A DNA stretch of 64,000 bases from an uncultured Akkermansia sp. (GTDB lineage Bacteria; Verrucomicrobiota; Verrucomicrobiia; Verrucomicrobiales; Akkermansiaceae), in the NCBI GenBank assembly GCA_947589295.1, contig CANQBZ010000005.1, forward strand, positions 1,061 through 65,060, read 5' to 3'. Shown here piece by piece: positions 1-9,527 of the stretch. Positions within the stretch are counted from its first letter, which is position 1; each line of letters opens with the position of its first letter. The notes under the pieces were generated by a model. The model was not told the DNA's origin. It searched no databases and saw nothing but the letters and a program-made list of their open reading frames with translations. The position numbers and the translations under genes are program-made.

Positions 1-632
1 CTTCCCCCTACATGCTGCACTGCACCGGTGGGTATATGCTCCACCATCGGTGTGTAATAATCGGCATTCACTTTCAGACTGTGACCATCAATGCTGCCCT
101 TACCGGCGAGATTCCAGTACACGTGGTTGGTAAGATTGAGCAGCGTATCTTCTGTGCTAAAGGCAAACAGAGTGAGCGTCAGCTTTGTACCCGACAAACT
201 GTAACATGCTCGCACCGAAACCCTACCAGGGTAACCTTCGTCCCCCTCAGGGGATACCATGGAAAGCATCGCCACCTCATTGCTCTGTTCATCGAGTTTC
301 CAATAGCGATTGGAGAATCCGACCGCGCCTCCGTGCAGATGATTCTTGCCGTCATTGGAAACAAGCTTAAAGCCTCTCCCCTTCATGCGGAACTTTGCCC
401 CGGCAATGCGGTTCGCAACGCGCCCACAAATTGCCCCACAGTAATCTGTGTCTGCCAACACCGCTGCGGGGCTCTTCGGTCCGCATACCACATCCTTGCC
501 GCCCAGACAAAAGGAAAGAAGCCGCGCTCCGTAGTTGCAAACGACAACGCGCGCCTTTTTGTTGCACAAGACGAAAGTGCGCACGCGCCCTTTGCCCAGA
601 TTTCCCCCGGACGCCTTTTTTTTGCCGTCCAT
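1..632 (-). CDS. galM: aldose 1-epimerase (galactose mutarotase), N-terminal ~210 codons; the 3' end lies beyond the left edge
   Basis: Absent from the ORF track because it is open at the window edge. Hand translation of the minus strand from ATG 632-630 gives MDGKKKASGGNLGKGRVRTFVLCNKKARVVVCNYGARLLSFCLGGKDVVCG...GRVANRIAGAKF...NHLHGGAVGFSNRYW...SPEGDEGYPGRV...LLNLTNHVYWNL, with no stop down to base 1. These are typical mutarotase motifs. The listed + ORF 12..848 is its antisense shadow. Confidence 0.8.
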   Translation of the reverse strand, partial: MDGKKKASGGNLGKGRVRTFVLCNKKARVVVCNYGARLLSFCLGGKDVVCGPKSPAAVLADTDYCGAICGRVANRIAGAKFRMKGRGFKLVSNDGKNHLHGGAVGFSNRYWKLDEQSNEVAMLSMVSPEGDEGYPGRVSVRACYSLSGTKLTLTLFAFSTEDTLLNLTNHVYWNLAGKGSIDGHSLKVNADYYTPMVEHIPTGAVQHVGG

Positions 633-677
633 AGTGCAATGATGCTGTACCCAGCTGTGCGGTTAGAACGGGTATTA

Positions 678-1160
678 TCAGAAACCATCGGGCAAGAACT
701 TGCTGCCGCTCCCGCCGTATTGCAGATTGCCGTGTGTGCCCACAGGAATGGCGCCAATCTGCGAATAGATGGGCTGTATCACGCGGTACTGCTGTTTATC
801 GCCATCTGCTTTTACCACGAGTTCCTGTCCCTGAGTCTTGCCGGCTGAAGCCCCTACGCCGCGCCCGGCAAGTGCTCCAACCACACCAAAGCCCACGGCA
901 GAAACAATTTGTCCTTTGCCGCTACCCAGCAGGGAACCCGCACCCGCGCCCAGAGCCGTCCCCAACCCCATGCCAAGATTTTTATCCGAGGCACTGGCAC
1001 TCACCTGCACCGTTCTTGCAGATACCACCGTGCCTGGTATCACCTGTGCCACTGTTCCCAGTGAATCTGCCGACGTCGCGTTGAGAGACGCCACGTCCGA
1101 ACACGAATATAGCCCAAATAGGCCAGCAGTCAGTAGTGCAATGATGTATGTTTTCTTCAT
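678..1160 (-). CDS. glycine-zipper lipoprotein (SlyB / 17-kDa-antigen-like)
   Basis: An internal ATG at 1160 gives MKKTYIIALLTAGLFGLYSC, a lipoprotein signal with a lipobox Cys. A Gly/Ala zipper follows: GMGLGTALGAGAGSLLGSGKG...GFGVVGALAGRGVGASAG. Confidence 0.65.
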   Translation of the reverse strand: MKKTYIIALLTAGLFGLYSCSDVASLNATSADSLGTVAQVIPGTVVSARTVQVSASASDKNLGMGLGTALGAGAGSLLGSGKGQIVSAVGFGVVGALAGRGVGASAGKTQGQELVVKADGDKQQYRVIQPIYSQIGAIPVGTHGNLQYGGSGSKFLPDGF

Positions 1161-1309
1161 ATCGATGTGTGCTTTCAACCATCGGTCCCTGCGAGGCGGG
1201 TAAGGCATCTCACCCCGTGCGCCCCACTCTGCCGAAGCTACCCTGAAGTTATCATGGAATTTTGCGCTTGCCAAGCAAAAAAAAAATTGCTAAATTACAT
1301 CGCGTTCTT

Positions 1310-2074
1310 ATGAAAGCGTTATCACTTATTCTTGCAGTGTCGGCTATCCCCGCTTTTTCTGCTCTTGCAGCCGATGACGCCGGGGTAATGGAGTCCTATT
1401 TTCCTACGGTAGATGGCACTTTGCGAACCGGGGCACAAGTCCGCGCTGTCCCGGATGCGGAAAGCCTTAAAGAACCCATCCGCAAGGTGAACGAGCGCAT
1501 CGGGCAAATTCCTCAGGAAGACAAAACGGCCTTTATAAACGATTTCAACGCGATGCAGCGTCCAGCGTATAGTGCTGCTATATGGCCGGATCGCAAAGAC
1601 TATGATGAGTTTGTAGCGGCTTGGGAAAAAACTCAGGTAGTGCCTGTCACGCAGGTGGCTATGGGACTGCAGAAAACTGATGATGGCACATGGCGAGTAC
1701 TCTCTGTCACGGTCGATGCACAAACAAAACGTCAAATCCCGCTCACTGTGAGCGCTCTCCGCTATGATGCTGCCAAAAATGAATGGATTTCCAACGATGG
1801 CCGTCTTACCCCAAAAGATTTCTCTGTGCCTGAAACCAGCATCTTTGGCGCCCAAACTGGAACAGAATGGACGCTCAAAAAGGAGTCCTCACTTAGCACG
1901 CTTATGACCTCTCTGCGCATTTCACGCACAACAGACGGCAAGTTTGTGTACCTCAACTACATTTTTGATGAGCGCTCCACAGTGACGGGTAACTCCATTG
2001 CCCATGGCGACTACCTTCTGCGTTTCCCAGTGCCCACTCCGGGGGCGGATGTAGGCAAGCCTGGCCAGCGTTGA
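1310..2074 (+). CDS. secreted hypothetical protein
   Basis: ATG at 1310 gives the signal peptide MKALSLILAVSAIPAFSALA-ADD. It is a long clean ORF with no domain I recognise. The track's start at 1262 is a TTG. Confidence 0.55.
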   Translation: MKALSLILAVSAIPAFSALAADDAGVMESYFPTVDGTLRTGAQVRAVPDAESLKEPIRKVNERIGQIPQEDKTAFINDFNAMQRPAYSAAIWPDRKDYDEFVAAWEKTQVVPVTQVAMGLQKTDDGTWRVLSVTVDAQTKRQIPLTVSALRYDAAKNEWISNDGRLTPKDFSVPETSIFGAQTGTEWTLKKESSLSTLMTSLRISRTTDGKFVYLNYIFDERSTVTGNSIAHGDYLLRFPVPTPGADVGKPGQR

Positions 2075-2180
2075 AGTTTCATAATGTGAGGCGGACCGTT
2101 GCGAATAGGAAGCAACGCCGCTGTGCATGGTAGGCTTCCGTTCTTTTCCCCCTTCCACCCTGCTATCTGGACATCTTGGC

Positions 2181-2744
2181 ATGAAAATTATAGCTGGTAT
2201 GGCGGGGGGCTTGCCTTTGGTGGTCCCTAAGGGCGGGGTGCGTCCCACGCAGGAGCGCGTACGTGAGGCGCTTTTCAATATACTGACTCCTATACTGCCC
2301 GGGGCGCGGGTACTTGACTTGTTCTGTGGCACCGGGTCGGTTGGGCTTGAGGCGCTGAGTCGTGGGGCTGCCTACGCCTGTATGGTTGATGCTTCGGCCG
2401 CGGTTTGCCGGGTGGCACGGCAGAATATAGAGCGCTCTGGACTTGAACGTGCTGTAGTGGTACAGTCAGACTCTCTGGTATTCATTCGCCGAGCATGCGA
2501 GCGATTCCATCTCATTTTTGCTGATCCGCCGTACTGCAAATCCATCGGAGACAGAGATATGATTGCTGAGCTGCTTACTGGGCGCACGGCAGAGCTCTTG
2601 CTTGCAGGAGGTTACTTGATTGCCGAGGCACAAGTTGGCTATGGCGTGGGCGACCGACTCACCCGCAATTTCCCTGGTTGGCGTATTGCTGATGAGCGCA
2701 CTTATGGTAAAAATACTCTCCTTTTCTACCAAACCACAGCATGA
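2181..2744 (+). CDS. rsmD: 16S rRNA (guanine966-N2)-methyltransferase
   Basis: MKIIAG...RPTQERVREALFNIL...VLDLFCGTGSVGLEALSRGA...IFADPPY. The SAM-binding and DPPY motifs are typical of RsmD. Confidence 0.85.
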   Translation: MKIIAGMAGGLPLVVPKGGVRPTQERVREALFNILTPILPGARVLDLFCGTGSVGLEALSRGAAYACMVDASAAVCRVARQNIERSGLERAVVVQSDSLVFIRRACERFHLIFADPPYCKSIGDRDMIAELLTGRTAELLLAGGYLIAEAQVGYGVGDRLTRNFPGWRIADERTYGKNTLLFYQTTA

Positions 2745-4075
2745 TACGCTTCCTGATCTTCGCTCTCTACAATGTCGTCTATCCAGTTTTTCTGCTGATT
2801 TCTCTGCCGGGATTTTGTATCAAAATGCGGCGGCGAGGCGGGGCGTGGGGCGATGTATGGGAGCGCTTGGGTTTCTTCTCTCTCCCTGCACAGCACGAAC
2901 CAAAACGTGTCGTTTATGTACATGCTGTAAGTGTGGGAGAGGTCTTTATAGCGCTCAAGTGGATTCGAAATTGGCGTGCGAGGCACTCCACCTCTACTAT
3001 TCTGCTCGCCACTTCCACTGCCACGGGCCTTCAAGTAGCTCGTGCTGCGGGAGTGCCAAACACTCGCGTGATCTATGCTCCTGTGGATTTGGGATGGGTG
3101 GTGAGCAAGGTGCTGCGCCGTTTCACACCGCAAATTATGGTGCTCATTGAGGCTGAGCTCTGGCCAAATCATGCCCGACTTTGCCGTAAAATGAATATTC
3201 CTTTAGTGATGCTCAATGCGCGCCTCTCCCCACGCAGCGAGCGACGCTACGCTGCCATGCGCCCCATCACTCGTCTCCTTTTTTCCTACCTTTCTGCTCT
3301 TGCCGCTCAAAATCAAAATGATGCAGACCGCTTCATCGGAATTGGTGTGAATCATTCCATCATTTCAGTGACCGGCAGCATTAAGTTCGATGTGCTCAGT
3401 GCAACGCCCTCAACAACGCGCCCCGATTTTGCTGATATTCTGCAACATCTTTCGAACGGCAAGCCTGTTGTGCTGGCATGTTCCACTCACGCTGGCGAAG
3501 AGCTGCTTATCGCAAATGCTGCGCGGGCAATCGGAGCTTTCCCTCTTATTGTTCCACGCCACATGGAACGCCGCGCAGAGATCGTGAACGCTCTGACAGC
3601 GGCTGGTTTCACGCCAATACTGCGTAGTGAAGATTCTCCCTTGCCTACCGTGCCACCTAAGGATGTATGCTATATTGCAGATACTACGGGCGAGCTACGC
3701 GATTGGACTGCCTTGGCAGACATTGCAGTCATCGGTAAGAGTTTCCTAGCAGATGGCGGACAGAACCCAGTGGAAGCTATTGCAGCTCACGTGCCTGTTG
3801 TGGTGGGACCGCACATGAGCAACTTTGCCGATCTCATCAACTTACTGCTCAGCAAGGGCGCCATTCTAACTTGCCCGGCTCAGGGTATCGCCACCACTCT
3901 GAAACGCATCTTGGATGACCCACCAGCCGCCGCTCACCGCGCAGAATTAGCGTATGAAGCTTTGCAGATGCACTCCGGAGCCACAGCTCGCAGCTCGCAG
4001 CTTGTGGAGTCTCTCATACAGCCAGCATCTGTCACCCCTGCAAAAAAAAATACCGGCACCAACTTGAGGCGATGA
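2741..4075 (+). CDS. waaA: 3-deoxy-D-manno-octulosonic acid (Kdo) transferase
   Basis: N-terminal membrane anchor, then VYVHAVSVGEV...ATSTATG...EAELWPN...LMLNARLS, typical of WaaA/KdtA. Its ATG overlaps the rsmD stop (ATGA at 2741-2744). Confidence 0.85.
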   Translation: MIRFLIFALYNVVYPVFLLISLPGFCIKMRRRGGAWGDVWERLGFFSLPAQHEPKRVVYVHAVSVGEVFIALKWIRNWRARHSTSTILLATSTATGLQVARAAGVPNTRVIYAPVDLGWVVSKVLRRFTPQIMVLIEAELWPNHARLCRKMNIPLVMLNARLSPRSERRYAAMRPITRLLFSYLSALAAQNQNDADRFIGIGVNHSIISVTGSIKFDVLSATPSTTRPDFADILQHLSNGKPVVLACSTHAGEELLIANAARAIGAFPLIVPRHMERRAEIVNALTAAGFTPILRSEDSPLPTVPPKDVCYIADTTGELRDWTALADIAVIGKSFLADGGQNPVEAIAAHVPVVVGPHMSNFADLINLLLSKGAILTCPAQGIATTLKRILDDPPAAAHRAELAYEALQMHSGATARSSQLVESLIQPASVTPAKKNTGTNLRR

Positions 4076-4120
4076 ACCGTTCCGTAGAACCTGACAGGTA
4101 TCACTGCTTCATTTACAAAC

Positions 4121-4160
4121 GGAAACGCAGAAAGGGCGTGCCCTGCTGCCAAGGCACGCC
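4121..4160 (-). terminator. intrinsic terminator downstream of rplY
   Basis: An 8-bp GC stem (4135-4142 pairs with 4153-4160). On the minus strand it is followed by TTTCTGCGTTTCC. Confidence 0.4.
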
Positions 4161-4186
4161 TCATCAAATCGGTTCTTTGCCAACTC

Positions 4187-4741
4187 TTATGGTTTGACCA
4201 CCGACACCAGCACCACCGTACCGTTGAACGGCGTAGTTACCTTCTCTGGCAATGTCAACTGAGCCACTCGAAGAGACTCATTCAGTTTGATAGCGCTAAT
4301 ATCTGCAACGATTTCACTCGGAATATCTTTCACTGCGCTGCGAACCGGCAGGTCGTGCACCAGCTGCTGTACCTGCCCACCCATTGACACACCAACAGGT
4401 GTGCCCTTCAAATGCACCGGCACCTCGGTAAGAACCATTGTCTCCGGCGTCACTGCATGAAAATCCACGTGCATTGTACTATCCGTCAGATGATTATGCT
4501 GCACATTCTTGATAAGCGTAAGCAGTTCCCTTTTTCCCATCTGCAGAGTCACCAGCACGCTATCTGTCTCATCGTCACCCAGTACTGCACGAATATCTGC
4601 TGCCTTCATCTGCACATTGATGCTCTCACCCAACGCCTCCCCATACACCACTCCAGGCACCCAGCCTTGGGCACGCAGGGCATTGAGTTTGCCACTCCCC
4701 ACGACAAGTCGTTCTTCTACTGTGAGTTTCTTCGTTTTCAT
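4187..4741 (-). CDS. rplY: 50S ribosomal protein L25 / general stress protein Ctc
   Basis: From ATG 4741: MKTKKLTVEERLVVGSGKLNALRAQGWVPGVVYG...MHVDFH.... This is the long Ctc form of L25. Confidence 0.85.
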   Translation of the reverse strand: MKTKKLTVEERLVVGSGKLNALRAQGWVPGVVYGEALGESINVQMKAADIRAVLGDDETDSVLVTLQMGKRELLTLIKNVQHNHLTDSTMHVDFHAVTPETMVLTEVPVHLKGTPVGVSMGGQVQQLVHDLPVRSAVKDIPSEIVADISAIKLNESLRVAQLTLPEKVTTPFNGTVVLVSVVKP

Positions 4742-5328
4742 TTTCTTTTCATTAAACTTTGTTTGTTGAACAGTTCGCCGACGTCGGTGCGTTTGCGTCA
4801 CCCGCCGAAAGTACTTACCCTAGCTGTAATGCAAGAGCGGGCGCACACGATGCCACGCATGCCTTAATTTGTCAAGCACAATTTAGTGAGTCATTCAATT
4901 TTTTGCTTTACCTGTATGGTCTCAAGGATAAAGTCATCGAAGGATCGATAAAAACGGGGAATGGAGATTTCTTGAAAGCTTGATGACTCAAAAATGAAGG
5001 AACAATACCGAACACATACCACTCAAAATGAGTAGGCAAACAAGAATTGAGTTCCTTTTGTATAGAAAACAATAAGTGTCTCGTTTTCTCTTCGATACCG
5101 AGATGCCCCCCCTTTCACACCCTCATTTACCAAAACCTTCTACCATATCTGAAAAGAGACGAGTAAGGTCACGAGGAAAGGAGAAAGGCGAGTTCTACTT
5201 TGGTATTTTGTGATAAAAACTTGTACGAAATAAAAATGAAGCAGATAGCCATGAAGAGAGGTTAGGAGGCGTGAAAACGCGCAAAATAGGCACAGGTCCG
5301 GTATTTCCTCCGAAGGAGGAAAGAGAAA

Positions 5329-8300
5329 TTACTCGCGGATGACGACTTCCGTTCCGATGGGGACAATGGAGAAGAGAGTTTGACAAGCATCGCGCTGCAT
5401 GCGGATGCAGCCATGAGAGGCCGGAGTACGCAAAACACTGCCGACGTGGAGGCCAACGCCATCATTCGTGAGGCGCATAAAGAATGGCATGGAAGCGTGG
5501 TAAAGATTGGAGCGGTGGTAGCGATCCTTTTGGCTGATACGGAAGAATCCGATTGGGGTAGCGTGTCTGGAGCCTCTGCCCGTGCAAACGGGGAAATCCA
5601 TGGCGGGACGGTCGCCCACGATAAAAAGTCCTCGCTGGGAGGAGAGACTGATTACAACGAGGAATTTGCCAGAGGACTGCAAAGCATCCGGATCGCGCCA
5701 CGTGTCGTAGGTACGGGAGTAGTCACTGCGGTTACGGAAGGATTGGTAATCTTTTGAGAATTGGACTTTTGGCAAGACGGAAGCAATGATGTGGTTGAAC
5801 TTGGAGGTACTGTATTCGGTAAGGAGTTTGGCGGAGGCATCGCGGTGGAACTCGTGGGCGAGAGAGAGTGGAGTTTTTCTGTCACGGCTCCAGATGTCGG
5901 TTCTACCGCCGGCATCAAGGAGGAGAGAGAGGAGTTCCGGGTTATCGCAAGAGGTCATCAGATGCATGATAGCGGAGTAGCCACGGCGATCTTGCGCGTT
6001 GACATCAGCGCCATCAGCAAGGAGCTTTTGAATGGTGGGAATATGAGGTCTACTGTCCATGGCCAAGAGCATGAGCGCAGTACGGCCTTGAGCATCACGG
6101 GCATGTGGATCGAGCATGATGTCGGTAATATGCCGCTGTGAAAAGAGTTCAATGAAGAGGTGGCGCTCATCCGAACGTTCCTGGGCAACTCTCAGGGCGC
6201 TGACGCCTTGGTGATTTAGCAAGGTTGTATCAGCCCCGGCATCCAATAGAGCAGCCGCGGCAGATACGTCAGGGGGATTATCCACAGCAGCATGAGCCAT
6301 GAGTGGAGTGTTGCCGAAGTTGTCCACGGCATTGACATCCGCTCCGGCTTGCACAAGAAGTTCCACCGTGCGGGCAGAGGTGGTGATGTGCAAAGGAGAT
6401 AAGCCAGAAGGATCAGCTGCACGCACCTCAGCGCCGGCTCGTATCAAGGCTTCTACGCGCTCAGGGGAGTTCGCAGCGAGGTGGAGAGGGGAAAGGCCAC
6501 AGGCATCCGGAGCATTCAGTCTGGCACCAGCTTGGGCAAGGAGACGGATGGAATCGGGGGCAGTGGCAAGGTGAAGAGGCGTCCTGCCGAGGGCGTCTTT
6601 GGCGTTCACATCAGCTCCGACTTGGATAAGAGCTGCCACGTGATTCGGAGAATTGACGAGGCGATGAAGCAGTGTTTGCCCAGCGGCGTCCTTGGCATTG
6701 ACGTCAGCTCCCGCTCGAATCAGCAGTTGCAGTGTGTTGATATTGGTCGTCAGCTCCATCGGACAGCGTCCCTGAGCGTCGGCGGCGTTGACATCCGCTC
6801 CTGCATGAATAAGGGTCGATACACAGGCAGGGTTCCCTAAAGCTCGGTGGAGTGGCATAAGACCGGCATGATCCGTAGCGGATAGTCTAGCCCCGGCATG
6901 GACGAGCATCAACGCAGATTCCGGGTTGGATACGATGTGCAGTGGCGTGGTTCCATCGCCGTCAGCGACATTCACATCAGCTCCTGCTTGGATGAGCGCC
7001 TTCACACGTGCCGGAGAATTGACAGCGGAATGCAGAGGAGTTCTGCCGCCACTGAGCCTGACATTCACTCCGGCTAATCCTCCGAAAAAGCGCACCAAAG
7101 CGATATAGATGTCCGGAGGGATATCTGCATGAATGGAGTCAATAGCCGATGGACTGGAGATCGCACCGTGAGTCGCCCAAAATTGACAGAGGGATGCCAG
7201 ACCTTTTCCCTCGCACGGGTGGGACACCAAGTACGGAATAATGGGGCAGGATACATCCGCTGCACGCACATTGGCGCCCGCAATGAGCAACGCCCGCGCA
7301 ATATCAACCGACGGAGCGAGATGCAGAGCAGTAGTGCAGCCAGGAAGAAGTTTTGCATTGACATCTGCACCAGCCGCTAGAAGAACACGTACGAGGGTTT
7401 CATCTCTCGTGACTGCCAAGGCGAGAGGTGTACGGTTTCCTCTTTGCTCGTCTCTCCCATTGGGAGACGCGCCAAGCTGCAGAAGCTGGCATATGATGCG
7501 CGTCATGTGCGGCACGGTAAAAGCCGGTGAGGATTCCGGCAAGAGGGCAATAGCATCATTTGGAACTTTCCCGCCAGAAGCTTGCGCAAGCGCACGCAGG
7601 ATGCGCAGGTCGTATTCTTCAGCAGATTCTCCGGATCGATGTGATGGGTGATTTGAAGCGAGAAATTGAGAGAGGAAAAGCCGCCAAGTGTATTCATCCG
7701 GAATCCACCCACACTCGTGCAAGTTCTCAATTAGCGTTGGAATGTCCTCTGCAAGGCCAAGCGGTTGATTGGTACCACAAAACAGTTCTGCAAGTAACAT
7801 CGCTTCCGAGCGCACATCATTGAGCGACTGTACAGGAACAGGTGTATTCTCCTGTAGAGGCAGATGCAGGGCAAGTGCAAGCTGTCGGACTTCTTCAGGA
7901 GTCTCTTTGTTGATAATCACGCAAGGTTCGTCGACCTCATGCGCCAAAACCGAAACACGAACCCTCAAAGCCAGCTGCTCCATGCTCGTGCAACGCGTCC
8001 CAACGGTCACTCTGCCATTATCCGATTCACCTGCCATGCGCAGCAAAGCACGAACACGTGCGTCAGTCGTATAATCTGCGGCTGTTTTATCTTTATTACT
8101 TTTGATGTCTGTTTTTGCTCCTTTGGCCACAAGCCAGCATACAGCGGGAAAGTGGTTAATGGCCGCGGCATACATGAGCGCTGTTTGCCCGAGAACATTG
8201 GTTGCATTCACATCCCTCCCGGCCTCTATTTCTTGCATTTTATTGGCAAGCCTTTTTCGCAATCGCTGCGCGCGCGCACCCTCCACATGCAGGGTTTGAA

Positions 8301-8451
8301 CAAGCCCTGCAACTTCATCCGACAAAGAAGAAGGGGATGGCTTTTCTGCAAGACTCTGCGATGCCCCAAGTGTCATGCAAATTCCCATCATCAGTGCCTC
8401 ACAGAACCTCCTGCCTGCGCAGACGCGTCCACCTTGTGTCTCCTCCTGCAT
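5329..8451 (-). CDS. secreted ankyrin-repeat protein with a C-terminal L,D-transpeptidase (YkuD) catalytic domain
   Basis: N-terminal signal-like MMGICMTLGASQSLAE. At least 12 ANK units follow (GRTPLH..A.....V..LI.AGADVNA.D repeated). The C-terminus is FFRISQKDRYHRS...VGLHVGSVLRTPASHGCIRM, which carries the His...SHGC(I)R(M) YkuD signature. Confidence 0.85.
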   Translation of the reverse strand: MQEETQGGRVCAGRRFCEALMMGICMTLGASQSLAEKPSPSSLSDEVAGLVQTLHVEGARAQRLRKRLANKMQEIEAGRDVNATNVLGQTALMYAAAINHFPAVCWLVAKGAKTDIKSNKDKTAADYTTDARVRALLRMAGESDNGRVTVGTRCTSMEQLALRVRVSVLAHEVDEPCVIINKETPEEVRQLALALHLPLQENTPVPVQSLNDVRSEAMLLAELFCGTNQPLGLAEDIPTLIENLHECGWIPDEYTWRLFLSQFLASNHPSHRSGESAEEYDLRILRALAQASGGKVPNDAIALLPESSPAFTVPHMTRIICQLLQLGASPNGRDEQRGNRTPLALAVTRDETLVRVLLAAGADVNAKLLPGCTTALHLAPSVDIARALLIAGANVRAADVSCPIIPYLVSHPCEGKGLASLCQFWATHGAISSPSAIDSIHADIPPDIYIALVRFFGGLAGVNVRLSGGRTPLHSAVNSPARVKALIQAGADVNVADGDGTTPLHIVSNPESALMLVHAGARLSATDHAGLMPLHRALGNPACVSTLIHAGADVNAADAQGRCPMELTTNINTLQLLIRAGADVNAKDAAGQTLLHRLVNSPNHVAALIQVGADVNAKDALGRTPLHLATAPDSIRLLAQAGARLNAPDACGLSPLHLAANSPERVEALIRAGAEVRAADPSGLSPLHITTSARTVELLVQAGADVNAVDNFGNTPLMAHAAVDNPPDVSAAAALLDAGADTTLLNHQGVSALRVAQERSDERHLFIELFSQRHITDIMLDPHARDAQGRTALMLLAMDSRPHIPTIQKLLADGADVNAQDRRGYSAIMHLMTSCDNPELLSLLLDAGGRTDIWSRDRKTPLSLAHEFHRDASAKLLTEYSTSKFNHIIASVLPKVQFSKDYQSFRNRSDYSRTYDTWRDPDALQSSGKFLVVISLSSQRGLFIVGDRPAMDFPVCTGRGSRHATPIGFFRISQKDRYHRSNLYHASMPFFMRLTNDGVGLHVGSVLRTPASHGCIRMQRDACQTLFSIVPIGTEVVIRE

Positions 8452-8651
8452 CCTAGCGTGGTTTCATTTATGCCTCACTAAACTAACAACTTTGCCACTC
8501 TTTTGCAAGCTTTCAATATCATATAATCTAACTTTTTTGCTTTATTGTCCTGCCTCACAATAGTCAAGACATTGAGTGAACACGAAAGAAACGCTGATAA
8601 CTTAATTTTTTGCCTAGCAAGAACATGGAAGTTGGACTTGCTTTTTAGTAA

Positions 8652-9515
<864 letters not shown>

Positions 9516-9527
9516 TACCAAATACGC

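Noticed and set aside
12-848. 278-aa + strand ORF at the left edge
   Set aside because: It is the antisense shadow of two real minus-strand genes: galM (1-632, translated by hand, with clear mutarotase motifs) and the glycine-zipper lipoprotein. Its own translation has no protein-like features.
4759-4983. 74-aa ORF in the AT-rich spacer upstream of rplY
   Set aside because: It starts inside the rplY 5' region. It has no recognisable features, and the surrounding DNA looks non-coding.
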